Positions 33,390-41,808 of a stretch of 64,000 nucleotides of DNA are shown here, piece after piece. A program made the position numbers and the translations under genes. Position 1 is the stretch's first letter. Each line of letters begins with the position of its first letter. This DNA comes from an uncultured Clostridia bacterium (GTDB taxonomy: Bacteria; Bacillota; Clostridia; Christensenellales; UBA1242): the NCBI GenBank assembly GCA_947593585.1, contig CANQDP010000002.1, positions 53,947 to 117,946 on the forward strand. The letters are read 5' to 3'. The notes beneath the pieces are model-generated. The model worked only from the letters and a program-made list of their open reading frames with translations. It had not been told where the DNA came from and ran no database searches.

Positions 33390-34340
33390 ATGGCAGAAAC
33401 GAAAAAAATTAAATGTATTATAGACACCGACCCAGGTGTGGACGATAGTGCGGCAATCGCACTGTCTTTGTATGACGATTTGATGGACATTCAACTTATC
33501 ACCACAGTGAGTGGCAATCTGGATGTGGACACAACCACCCGAAATTTGTGCCACTTGCTTGAAAAGTTTAATAGGACAGACATCCCTGTGGCAAAGGGTG
33601 CGTCAAAGGCTTTAAAGCGCATTAGCCCAGATGCAAGAGAAATCCACCAAAACGAAGGCATGGGCAACTATATCCCGCCCAAAACAGTGAAAAAATCTGT
33701 GATTGAAAAGGATGCTTGCGAGGCAATGTATGAGTTGATTAAAAAGCATCCGCATGAGGTTTGCATAATCGCTTTGGGCCCACAAACAAATGTTGCCACC
33801 TTGTTTTTGCGCCACCCAGATGCCGTGCCTCTTGTTAAGCATATTTATAGTGAGGGTTGTGCTCCTTATGGCATGAAGAGTGAAGGGAAATGGACATATT
33901 ATATTTCGTTCAACGCTTCTAGCGACCCGGAGGCTTTAAAAACGGTGATGGAAAGCGGAGTGCCTGTTACGATGGTGCCATCGCGCATGGGCAGAGAGCT
34001 TGCAAATTTCACAGAAGAAGAAGTATATAAAATCCGCGATATTAACGACACGGGCAGGTTCATTTACGAGATGTATAGCGGATATTGGGAGCACGATTAT
34101 CCTGATAGGCGCGTTGCCACTAACGACACTTGCGCTGTGCTATCCATGCGCTTTCCAAAGTTTTTCAAAACGAAAAAAGCACAGTTTTTCGTAAACACCA
34201 CCGATATGCCCGGGCGCACTGATGTTAAATTTACGAAAAAAGGCAATGTGAATTTCGTTGTGAAAGTGAATAGGAAAAAACTCCACGAATTTTATTTCAC
34301 CGCGGTTAGGAAGTTGGAAAGGTTTAAGTTTTATAAATAA
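33390..34340 (+). CDS. Nucleoside hydrolase (IU-NH family)
   Basis: N-terminal IIDTDPGVDDSAAIALSL aspartate cluster. 316 aa. Confidence 0.85.
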   Translation: MAETKKIKCIIDTDPGVDDSAAIALSLYDDLMDIQLITTVSGNLDVDTTTRNLCHLLEKFNRTDIPVAKGASKALKRISPDAREIHQNEGMGNYIPPKTVKKSVIEKDACEAMYELIKKHPHEVCIIALGPQTNVATLFLRHPDAVPLVKHIYSEGCAPYGMKSEGKWTYYISFNASSDPEALKTVMESGVPVTMVPSRMGRELANFTEEEVYKIRDINDTGRFIYEMYSGYWEHDYPDRRVATNDTCAVLSMRFPKFFKTKKAQFFVNTTDMPGRTDVKFTKKGNVNFVVKVNRKKLHEFYFTAVRKLERFKFYK

Positions 34341-34345
34341 AGAAA

Positions 34346-34379
34346 TTGACAAAAAGTATAATCTCGATTATACTTTTTT
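34346..34379 (+). promoter_or_regulatory. Composite element: terminator hairpin of the hydrolase gene overlapping the promoter of the next gene
   Basis: Perfect 9-bp stem aagtataat/attatactt (34354-34375) plus a T6 run. TTGACA (34346-34351), 17 nt, TATACT (34369-34374) uses the descending arm. Confidence 0.45.
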
Positions 34380-34391
34380 ATTGGAGGATAG

Positions 34392-35498
34392 ATGGATAAA
34401 AACGGGAAATTTGTTTTTGATGAAGAGCTTGTGAAAAATTTTTCAAAAAACTGCGCAATGTGCCATGAAAGTAATTATATGAGGTTTTTAAATCAGCCGT
34501 TGAGAAGGAAGGATGAAACAGCCATTAAATTTTTAAGAGCATTGCATAGAGCCATTGAAATTAAAAGCGCTGGAAAGGAAAGAAAAATTGACCTTTCACT
34601 TGAGCAGCAAAAAGCCGTGGTGGTGGAATTTTATAAGTCGCTCAATCAAGAGGTCGGCGATGAGGTAAAGTCTATTTTAGACGGCACTAATCCAATGTTT
34701 GACACAAACATTTCATCTAACGATGGGTTAGGGCAGGCAGAAGGAGATGTCGGCTCGGATGATAACTCTAAAAAGATAAATTTCAACTTGACCTTAGACG
34801 GCACAATAGACGGCTTGCGCACAATGGCTCACGAGGCCGCACACGCAATTTCTGCAAGAAACAAAACCTCATTTGAGCTGAAATCTCAACCAAAGGCAAA
34901 GAGAGATGAGTTTTATGGCTTTCTTGGACGTTTTGATGTGGATTGTGTGGGCGAGATTGAAAGCAAAATAATTGAAGGCTTGTTTATGAGATTTCTTGTA
35001 AACAAGGAAATTATTTCAGAGGCAGATGCAAAGATTTTTGCAGACATATCACTGATTTCGTTTAAAAACGATTTGGCACAAATTTTGCAGGAAGATGACA
35101 TTATTGCGTGCTTTGACCACGCCATAACAGAAGAGCACCCTGTTTCTATGAGCGAATTTAAAAGCATGATTAAAAGGATTAAGAAAACTCCAAACTTTGA
35201 ACCGCTCACACTGAGGGTGGAAGATATGGCTGCCCCAACACATCCAAGAGAAATTAAGTTTGCTGAATATAAGGTGAGGTATATCATCGGGCAAATTATT
35301 GCAGATGTGTGGATGCGCGAATATGAAAAGCAGCCTCGCACACAGCGCAAAGAAATGAAAGCAAAACTCGTGGAATTCATCACGCAAAAAACGGATAAGT
35401 GCAGAGTGCAGGACGCAAGCAAATTTTTGCTTGATAGGAGTTTGATTGATGTTGCCTCAGAATTTTATGCACGATTTGACAAAAAGTTAAAAGTTTAG
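34392..35498 (+). CDS. Putative M3-like zinc metallopeptidase (short form)
   Basis: MAHEAAHAI (HExxH), followed about 40 aa later by VGEIESKIIEGLF, which resembles the third-ligand region of oligoendopeptidase F. Confidence 0.45.
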   Translation: MDKNGKFVFDEELVKNFSKNCAMCHESNYMRFLNQPLRRKDETAIKFLRALHRAIEIKSAGKERKIDLSLEQQKAVVVEFYKSLNQEVGDEVKSILDGTNPMFDTNISSNDGLGQAEGDVGSDDNSKKINFNLTLDGTIDGLRTMAHEAAHAISARNKTSFELKSQPKAKRDEFYGFLGRFDVDCVGEIESKIIEGLFMRFLVNKEIISEADAKIFADISLISFKNDLAQILQEDDIIACFDHAITEEHPVSMSEFKSMIKRIKKTPNFEPLTLRVEDMAAPTHPREIKFAEYKVRYIIGQIIADVWMREYEKQPRTQRKEMKAKLVEFITQKTDKCRVQDASKFLLDRSLIDVASEFYARFDKKLKV

Positions 35499-35578
35499 TT
35501 TCGGCACGGGCGGTGTTTTTATTTGACATTTTGTTGAAATCTAACTAATATATTATTAGAGCAATAAAGGAGAAAGTT

Positions 35579-36034
35579 ATGTATATGCTATGGATTTGGC
35601 TCGCGGTGATAGCGGTTGGCTTAGTGGTTGAGCTAGTCGATGCGGGCACGCTGGTTAGCGCATGGTTTTCGGTGGGTGCGGTTATCCCGTTCTTCATGAG
35701 CCTGTGGCGCACAAACAATCCTGCTTATATCGTGGCGCAAGTGGTTGTGTTTGGTGTGGTTACCGCACTTTGCCTAATATTTTTGCGAAAACTCGCACTT
35801 AAATATCTATATAAAGGCAAGCAAGAGCGCACAAATCTTGATAGCGTGGTGAATAAAAAGTTGAAGGTGTTGCGAGTGGATGAGGACGGCACTCACGCAG
35901 TGGTGAAAATTAATGGCATAGAATACACTGCCACCACAGAAAGCGAAGAAATCACCTTCGAGCCAGGCGAAGAGGTGCAGGTGATAAAGTTTGAAGGCAA
36001 CAAAGTTATAGTGAAAAAGGTTGAGAAAAAGTAA
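35579..36034 (+). CDS. NfeD-family membrane protein
   Basis: Three N-terminal TM helices plus a C-terminal OB-like domain (VVKINGIEYTATTE...VIKFEGNKVIV). Lies immediately upstream of the SPFH gene. Confidence 0.75.
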   Translation: MYMLWIWLAVIAVGLVVELVDAGTLVSAWFSVGAVIPFFMSLWRTNNPAYIVAQVVVFGVVTALCLIFLRKLALKYLYKGKQERTNLDSVVNKKLKVLRVDEDGTHAVVKINGIEYTATTESEEITFEPGEEVQVIKFEGNKVIVKKVEKK

Positions 36035-36046
36035 AAGGAGAAAATT

Positions 36047-36982
36047 ATGGTTGGAATAATTATTGCTGTTGTGTTGGTTGTGGTTGCAATCGCAGTGCTT
36101 GCAGCCAGCATTAGAGTGGTGCGTCAAGCCACCGCTGTTGTTGTGGAAAGGCTTGGCAAATATAGCAAAACGCTAGACACGGGCGTGCATTTCATCTTGC
36201 CGCTAGTGGATAGGACATTGCCCGCAATTTCAATGAAAGAGCGTGTGGCAGATTTTAAGCCACAGCCCGTCATCACAAAAGATAATGTTACAATGCAGAT
36301 AGACACGGTTGTTTATTTCCAAGTTACCGATGCAAAACTCTTCACCTATGGTGTGGAGCGCCCAATAAACGCGATTGAAAATCTCACAGCCACCACCTTG
36401 CGTAACATCGTGGGCGAGTTGGAGTTGGATGAAACCTTAACATCGCGCGACACAGTGAATGCCAAAATGCGCACGATTTTGGACGAGGCCACCGACCCAT
36501 GGGGCATAAAAATTAATCGAGTTGAGCTTAAAAACATTTTGCCTCCGCACGACATCCAAGAGGCGATGGAAAAGCAAATGCGTGCCGAGCGTGAAAGGCG
36601 TGAGCAAATTTTGCGTGCTGAGGGTGAAAAGAAAGCCAAAGTGCTCATTGCAGAGGGCGAAAAAGAGAGCATTGTGCTTCAAGCAGAGGCGGATAAGCAG
36701 CGCACAATTTTGGCGGCTGAGGCAGAAAAAGCAAAGTTGGTTGCCGAGGCAGAGGGCACGGCAAAGGCGATTGAGTTGGTTAATAAGGCCGCTCCAAATG
36801 CTGCCTATGTAACCTTGCAAGGCTATGAGGCATTAAAAGTTTTGGCAAATGGTCAATCCACAAAAATTATCGTGCCAAGCGAAATTCAAAATGTGGCAGG
36901 ACTATTTGCTAGCCTTAAAGAAACTTTAACCGAAGTGCCTCAAACTAGTCAAGGCAAATCAAAAGATAAAAGCAAAGAATAA
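36047..36982 (+). CDS. SPFH/band-7 (stomatin-like) protein
   Basis: N-terminal TM segment. SPFH core (VVERLGKYSKTLDTGVHFILP...TKDNVTMQIDTVVYFQVTD). Ala/Glu-rich coiled coil. Confidence 0.9.
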   Translation: MVGIIIAVVLVVVAIAVLAASIRVVRQATAVVVERLGKYSKTLDTGVHFILPLVDRTLPAISMKERVADFKPQPVITKDNVTMQIDTVVYFQVTDAKLFTYGVERPINAIENLTATTLRNIVGELELDETLTSRDTVNAKMRTILDEATDPWGIKINRVELKNILPPHDIQEAMEKQMRAERERREQILRAEGEKKAKVLIAEGEKESIVLQAEADKQRTILAAEAEKAKLVAEAEGTAKAIELVNKAAPNAAYVTLQGYEALKVLANGQSTKIIVPSEIQNVAGLFASLKETLTEVPQTSQGKSKDKSKE

Positions 36983-37004
36983 TTATTGAAAAAACATTGA
37001 TATT

Positions 37005-37035
37005 AAAACACCAATTTTATTTGGTGTTTTTTTTC
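37005..37035 (+). terminator. Terminator of the nfeD-SPFH operon
   Basis: Stem acaccaa/ttggtgt followed by a T8 run. Confidence 0.65.
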
Positions 37036-37074
37036 TGGTGTGGTATAATTATTTGGATTTAAAAGGAAGGAAAT

Positions 37075-37665
37075 ATGAATTTACCAAACAAATTGACCGT
37101 TGCTCGCATGGTGCTCATTCCGTTTATGATATTCTTTTATCTTGCCAACTTTATCCCTTATGGAATTGGCAAAATTGTGGCGCTTGTCATTTTTATTGTG
37201 GGTGCGCTAACCGACTTGCTAGACGGCAAAATTGCACGCAAAAGGAATTTAATAACCGATTTTGGCAAGTTTTTAGACCCGATTGCAGATAAAATGCTGA
37301 CCACCTCACTTTTGCTTTTGCTTATTGTGGATGGCACAATCAAGAACCCTTATGGTGTGATTATTGCAATTATTATCATCTCGCGCGAATTTATGGTGAG
37401 TGCGCTGAGATTGATTGCCGTAACTAAGGGGCAGGTGCTTGCTGCGGACATTTGGGGCAAGGCAAAAACGATGGTGCAGATGATTGCTCTGCCTGTTTGC
37501 ACAATTTATGCCTATATGCTTTGCTGTGGCTTCAACATTTGGGGCTGGCTTGTTTCAACATTTATGTGGGTTAGTTATCTATCGCTCGGCTTGGCAACCG
37601 TTTTGACCGTCATCTCAGGCGTGAACTACATAGTGAAGAACAGGCAGTGCTTGGCAGATAAATAA
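37075..37665 (+). CDS. pgsA: CDP-diacylglycerol--glycerol-3-phosphate 3-phosphatidyltransferase
   Basis: DLLDGKIARKRNLITDFGKFLDPIADK CDP-alcohol phosphatidyltransferase motif. Confidence 0.9.
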   Translation: MNLPNKLTVARMVLIPFMIFFYLANFIPYGIGKIVALVIFIVGALTDLLDGKIARKRNLITDFGKFLDPIADKMLTTSLLLLLIVDGTIKNPYGVIIAIIIISREFMVSALRLIAVTKGQVLAADIWGKAKTMVQMIALPVCTIYAYMLCCGFNIWGWLVSTFMWVSYLSLGLATVLTVISGVNYIVKNRQCLADK

Positions 37666-37687
37666 TTTATAAAAATTTGCAAAAATT

Positions 37688-37728
37688 AGAACATTTGTTT
37701 GACAAATTGCACTTGAAAATGTTAAAAT
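37688..37728 (+). promoter_or_regulatory. recA promoter with an overlapping SOS (Cheo/LexA)-like box
   Basis: AGAACATTTGTTTG (37688-37701), compared with the Firmicute consensus CGAACnnnnGTTCG. TTGACA (37699-37704), 18 nt, TGtTAAAAT (37720-37728). Confidence 0.55.
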
Positions 37729-37763
37729 TAGCGCGTAATAGTTGATGTTTAAAGGAGAGAGTT

Positions 37764-38750
37764 ATGACAGACGACAAGAAAAAAGCATTAGAGGCCACCA
37801 TTGCCCAAATTGAAAAGCAGTATGGCAAGGGGTCGATTATTAAAATGGATTCCACTAGTTATGGCGAGGGGATAGATGTTATCCCAACCGGCTGCCTCAC
37901 ACTAGATATGGCGTTGGGCGTTGGCGGATTGCCTAGGGGTAGGATAATTGAGATTTATGGTCCGGAGAGCAGTGGTAAAACCACTGTGGCTTTGCATGTG
38001 GTGGCTGAGGCTCAAAAATTGGGCGGAACGGCGGCCTTTATCGATGCCGAGCACGCGCTTGACCCTGTTTATGCATCCAAACTTGGCGTGGACATTGGTG
38101 CGATGTATGTTTCACAGCCAGACACGGGCGAGCAGGCGCTTGAAATCACCGAACAGTTGGTGCGCTCTGGCGGAATAGACATTGTGGTTATCGACTCGGT
38201 GGCGGCCCTCACTCCAAAAGCGGAAATTGATGGCGAGATGGGTGATAGTTTCATCGGTTTGCAAGCGCGTTTGATGAGCCAGGCGCTTAGGAAACTCACC
38301 GGCGTGATTTCAAAGAGCAACACACTTGTGATTTTCATCAATCAGTTGCGCGAAAAAGTTGGTGTTATGTTCGGCAATCCAGAAACCACACCGGGCGGAA
38401 AAGCGCTTAAATTCTATGCATCTGTGCGCCTCGATGTGAGGAAGGTGGACACAATCAAGCAAGGGCAAGATGTGGTGGGCAGCCGCACGCGAGTTAAAGT
38501 GGTTAAAAACAAGGTGGCTCCTCCATTTAAGCAGGCTGAGTTTGACATTATGTATGGCGAAGGCATTTCAAAATTGGGTTGCTTGATTGATGTGGCTATT
38601 GAAAAGAACATTGTGGAAAAATCTGGTTCGTGGTTTAGTTATAATGGCGATAAAATCGGTCAGGGCAAAGAGAATGTGAAGGCTTATCTAACCTCTCATC
38701 CAGAGCTCGCAGATGAAATTGAAGCCAAGATTAGAGAGAGTTTAAAATAA
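37764..38750 (+). CDS. recA: Recombinase RecA
   Basis: GPESSGKTT Walker A, the IDSVAAL region, and strong overall RecA identity. Confidence 0.98.
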   Translation: MTDDKKKALEATIAQIEKQYGKGSIIKMDSTSYGEGIDVIPTGCLTLDMALGVGGLPRGRIIEIYGPESSGKTTVALHVVAEAQKLGGTAAFIDAEHALDPVYASKLGVDIGAMYVSQPDTGEQALEITEQLVRSGGIDIVVIDSVAALTPKAEIDGEMGDSFIGLQARLMSQALRKLTGVISKSNTLVIFINQLREKVGVMFGNPETTPGGKALKFYASVRLDVRKVDTIKQGQDVVGSRTRVKVVKNKVAPPFKQAEFDIMYGEGISKLGCLIDVAIEKNIVEKSGSWFSYNGDKIGQGKENVKAYLTSHPELADEIEAKIRESLK

Positions 38751-39139
38751 TGAAAACGATAACTAGCGAAGAATTTTTTAGAGGCAGATATGAAGAAGCA
38801 ATGAAAATTTGCAATGAATATCTGGGCGAAAAGTGTGAATATAGTGCGAAAGAATTGAAAGAAATTGTGAAAAGTTGCGATAGTCTTTTAAAACTCTTTT
38901 TGAAAAATGACAGAGTGAAAGATGACGCAATAACGGCTGGTGGCAGTCCTTTGAAAGTTAGTGCCACATCAAACACAAAATTTTATAAAGAACTTTCAAA
39001 AATGGCTCGCACGATTGAAGCAGTGCTTGAAATAATTGAAGGCAACAAAATTAAACTCGTTAAAGGCTTTAATTTCACAGAAGAGCAAATTGCAAATGGA
39101 AATAAATATAGGCAAGAGCAGTTTAGAAAAAAGAATTAG
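38750..39139 (+). CDS. Hypothetical 129-aa helical protein, translationally coupled to recA
   Basis: Its ATG overlaps the recA stop (TAATG). It ends 6 nt before recN. No RecX-like or other motif recognised. Confidence 0.55.
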   Translation: MKTITSEEFFRGRYEEAMKICNEYLGEKCEYSAKELKEIVKSCDSLLKLFLKNDRVKDDAITAGGSPLKVSATSNTKFYKELSKMARTIEAVLEIIEGNKIKLVKGFNFTEEQIANGNKYRQEQFRKKN

Positions 39140-39145
39140 AAAACG

Positions 39146-40831
39146 ATGTTACAAACACTTAACCTAACAAATGTTGCAGTTATTGAAAAGGCAACGCTGG
39201 AATTTGACGAAAAACTCAATGTGATTAGTGGTGAAACAGGTGCGGGCAAAAGCATTATGTTGGACGCATTGAGTTTTGTTTTTGGCGGGCGTGCAGATAG
39301 GTCGCTTATCCGCTCGGGCGAAAGCAAAATGAAGGTTGAGGCGGTGTTTTCCTCTCTAACCGAAAACCAAAAAGCGTTTGTTAAAACCGAGTTGGAGATA
39401 GACGCAGAGGACGAATTATTTTTATCTCGAGAGTTAGATTTATCAGGCAAAAACACTTGCAAAATTAATGGCGAACTTGTGCCTGTGAATATGGTCAAAA
39501 AAGCGTGCCAAATGTTGGTGGACATTCACGGGCAGAGCGAACATTTGGCAATTTTGAATAATGACTATCAACTGCAAATTATAGATTTGTTTTCTAAAAA
39601 GGCAGATAAAGTTTTGGCAGATTTGCACGCAAAGATTGACACACTCAAACAGATTGATAGCGAAATAAAATCTCTTGGTGGAAGTGAGAGCGAAAAGCAA
39701 AATTTAATTGACCTTTATACATATCAAATTAATGAAATTGAGAACGCAAAAATAGGCGAAAATGAGGCGGAAAGTTTGAGCCAAGAGAAGCGCGAAATGC
39801 AACAGTTTGAGCGGGTTAATGAAGCGCTAAAAACAGCCTATGAAAGCAACGCAAAATCTAGTTTTGGCGATGGTGCTCTCGAAAAATTATACACCGCACA
39901 AAAAGCGCTGCAAAACATTGGCGAGTTAAACGAAAATTATCATAATCTTGCCGAGCGAATCAATAGCCTTTGCTTAGAGTTGGAGGATATAAACGACACA
40001 ATTCACACTGCGTTAAATAGCAATGTTTTTGACGAGGAGAGATTTAACTTTTTAGACCAACGCTTAGACTATATCAAGGCGCTATTTCGCAAATATGGTG
40101 GTGACTATGCCGGGCTAAAAAATTATTATGATGACATTTCAAAAAAATTAGATAATCTCATCAATGGTGCGGAAAAATATAAAGAATTGAGCGCAAAAAA
40201 AGAAGCGCTATTAAATCAAATTTTTACACTGCAAGATAAGTTGACCGAAATAAGGCAAAAGAGTGCGGAAGAACTCACCAAACGCATAGGCGCAGAGTTG
40301 AAATTTTTGGGCATGCCGAATGCAAAAATGAGCGTTCAGTTTGGCAAAATTCCTGAGCAATATTCTTATTCGGGTGCGGATAGAGTGGAGTTTATGTTTA
40401 GCGCAAACTTGGGCTTCGAGCCTCGCCCACTTAATAAGGTGGTGTCGGGCGGTGAAATGAGCCGAGTGATGCTGGCATATAAAATTGTGGTGGGTGAAGT
40501 GGATAACATCTCCACAATCTTGTTTGACGAAGTGGATAGCGGGCTAAGTGGGGCAATAGCCACCACTGTGGCTCAATATTTGGCACGGCTTAGCGGAAAT
40601 AAGCAGATAATTGCAATTTCTCACCTTCCGCAAATTTGCGCCATGGCGGATAGAAACATTAAGGTGGAAAAGTTCACGCAAAACGGCACAACGCACACGC
40701 GCACCACACTTTTGGAAGGCGAAGATTTATATAAAGAAATTGCTAGGCTTATGGGTGCGGGTGCAAATGAAAAGGGCCTGCAAGTGAGCGCCGACCTTAA
40801 AAATGCTAGCAACGAATATAAAAGAATTTAA
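39146..40831 (+). CDS. recN: DNA repair protein RecN
   Basis: N-terminal ISGETGAGKSIMLDAL Walker A, a long coiled coil, and the C-terminal SGGEMSRVMLA signature with LFDEVDSG. Confidence 0.95.
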   Translation: MLQTLNLTNVAVIEKATLEFDEKLNVISGETGAGKSIMLDALSFVFGGRADRSLIRSGESKMKVEAVFSSLTENQKAFVKTELEIDAEDELFLSRELDLSGKNTCKINGELVPVNMVKKACQMLVDIHGQSEHLAILNNDYQLQIIDLFSKKADKVLADLHAKIDTLKQIDSEIKSLGGSESEKQNLIDLYTYQINEIENAKIGENEAESLSQEKREMQQFERVNEALKTAYESNAKSSFGDGALEKLYTAQKALQNIGELNENYHNLAERINSLCLELEDINDTIHTALNSNVFDEERFNFLDQRLDYIKALFRKYGGDYAGLKNYYDDISKKLDNLINGAEKYKELSAKKEALLNQIFTLQDKLTEIRQKSAEELTKRIGAELKFLGMPNAKMSVQFGKIPEQYSYSGADRVEFMFSANLGFEPRPLNKVVSGGEMSRVMLAYKIVVGEVDNISTILFDEVDSGLSGAIATTVAQYLARLSGNKQIIAISHLPQICAMADRNIKVEKFTQNGTTHTRTTLLEGEDLYKEIARLMGAGANEKGLQVSADLKNASNEYKRI

Positions 40832-40834
40832 AAT

Positions 40835-40857
40835 AATTGGCTTGCGCCAATTTTTTT
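40835..40857. terminator. Bidirectional terminator (recN / XRE array)
   Basis: Stem aattggc/gccaatt followed by a T7 run. Confidence 0.6.
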
Positions 40858-41065
40858 ATTTAAAATCTTGCAAACCGACTAAATAATCAACACTTACACC
40901 AAAAAATTGGGCAACTGTGATTGCAATGTCGATGTTTGGCACTTGTAAATTTGCTTCCCATCTGGCAATTGCCGCTTGGCTAACTTTGATTTTTAACCCC
41001 AATTCCCTTTGACTAAGATGTTTCTCTAACCTTAATTCTTTTAATCTTTCAGCGAACTTATTCAT
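40856..41065 (-). CDS. XRE-family HTH regulator, tandem paralog X1 (69 aa)
   Basis: MNKFAERLKELRLEKHLSQRELG...VSQAAIARWEANLQVP...DYLVGLQDFK. Confidence 0.8.
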   Translation of the reverse strand: MNKFAERLKELRLEKHLSQRELGLKIKVSQAAIARWEANLQVPNIDIAITVAQFFGVSVDYLVGLQDFK

Positions 41066-41073
41066 TAAAGACC

Positions 41074-41289
41074 CTATTTAAAATCCTGCAAACCGGCAAG
41101 ATAATCTATGCTAACTCCAAAAAATTGAGAAATCAATATCACAGCATCTAAATTGGGCACTCTCTTATTTAGTTCCCATAAACCTATGGCTGACGAACTA
41201 ATATTATTGCCCAATTTTTGCGCTAATTGTGCTTGACTTAAATGCCTATCAATTCTTAGTTCTTTTAATCTTTCAGCAAACTTATTCAT
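41074..41289 (-). CDS. XRE-family HTH regulator, tandem paralog X2 (71 aa)
   Basis: MNKFAERLKELRIDRHLSQAQLA...ISSSAIGLWELNKRVP...DYLAGLQDFK. There is an 8-nt gap to X1. Confidence 0.8.
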   Translation of the reverse strand: MNKFAERLKELRIDRHLSQAQLAQKLGNNISSSAIGLWELNKRVPNLDAVILISQFFGVSIDYLAGLQDFK

Positions 41290-41297
41290 TAAAAACC

Positions 41298-41510
41298 TTA
41301 TTTAAAATCTTGCAGACCGGCAAGATAATCTATGCTAACTCCAAAATATTGTGCGAGCAAAATTAGGCAATCTAATGTTGGCATGCGCTTGCCTTGCTCC
41401 CACATTGCAATGCACGCCTGAGTGATTTTGCAATTCAAATTTATAGATAGTTGCTGCTGCGTTAAATGTTTTTCCAGCCTTAACTCTTTTAATCTCTCTG
41501 CAAACTGCAT
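41298..41510 (-). CDS. XRE-family HTH regulator, tandem paralog X3 (ATG at 41510, alternative GTG at 41522)
   Basis: MQFAERLKELRLEKHLTQQQLS...ITQACIAMWEQGKRMP...DYLAGLQDFK. Confidence 0.75.
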   Translation of the reverse strand: MQFAERLKELRLEKHLTQQQLSINLNCKITQACIAMWEQGKRMPTLDCLILLAQYFGVSIDYLAGLQDFK

Positions 41511-41511
41511 A

Positions 41512-41709
41512 TTATATCTCACTCAAACCTAGCAAATAATCTGCCGACACATCAAAATATTTACATAACTTTATCAAAATTTGATTGCTTGGCTCTCTTA
41601 AACCTTGTTCATAATTTGAGTATGCGCTAAGTGTTATCCCAATCGCAAAAGCAACCTCTTTTTGAGTTACACCCTTTGCTTTTCGCAACAATTTTAATCT
41701 TTCTTTCAT
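41512..41709 (-). CDS. XRE-family HTH regulator, first gene of the array (X4, 65 aa, more divergent)
   Basis: MKERLKLLRKAKGVTQKEVA...LSAYSNYEQGLREPS...DYLLGLSEI. No SD: TGtTATTTT lies 6 nt before the ATG. Confidence 0.75.
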   Translation of the reverse strand: MKERLKLLRKAKGVTQKEVAFAIGITLSAYSNYEQGLREPSNQILIKLCKYFDVSADYLLGLSEI

Positions 41710-41720
41710 AATAAAAAAAT

Positions 41721-41793
41721 AACACTAAATGTGTAATTTTACTTGGCAATACACAAACCGTGTATTAAAATACTTTGTTACACATATTGTGTA
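41721..41793. promoter_or_regulatory. Three ACAC-N5-GTGT palindromes (candidate operators O1-O3) in the divergent control region
   Basis: aACACtaaatGTGTa (41721-41735), tACACaaaccGTGTa (41750-41764) and tACACatattGTGTa (41779-41793), with centres 29 bp apart. O2 fills the spacer of TTGGCA (41743-41748)-17-TAAAAT (41766-41771). Confidence 0.55.
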
Positions 41794-41808
41794 GCAAAGG
41801 GGGCTTAT

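Noticed and set aside
34913-35422. 169-aa and 112-aa antisense ORFs inside the M3-like gene
   Set aside because: No start context. The sense frame carries HExxH and a proper SD/promoter.
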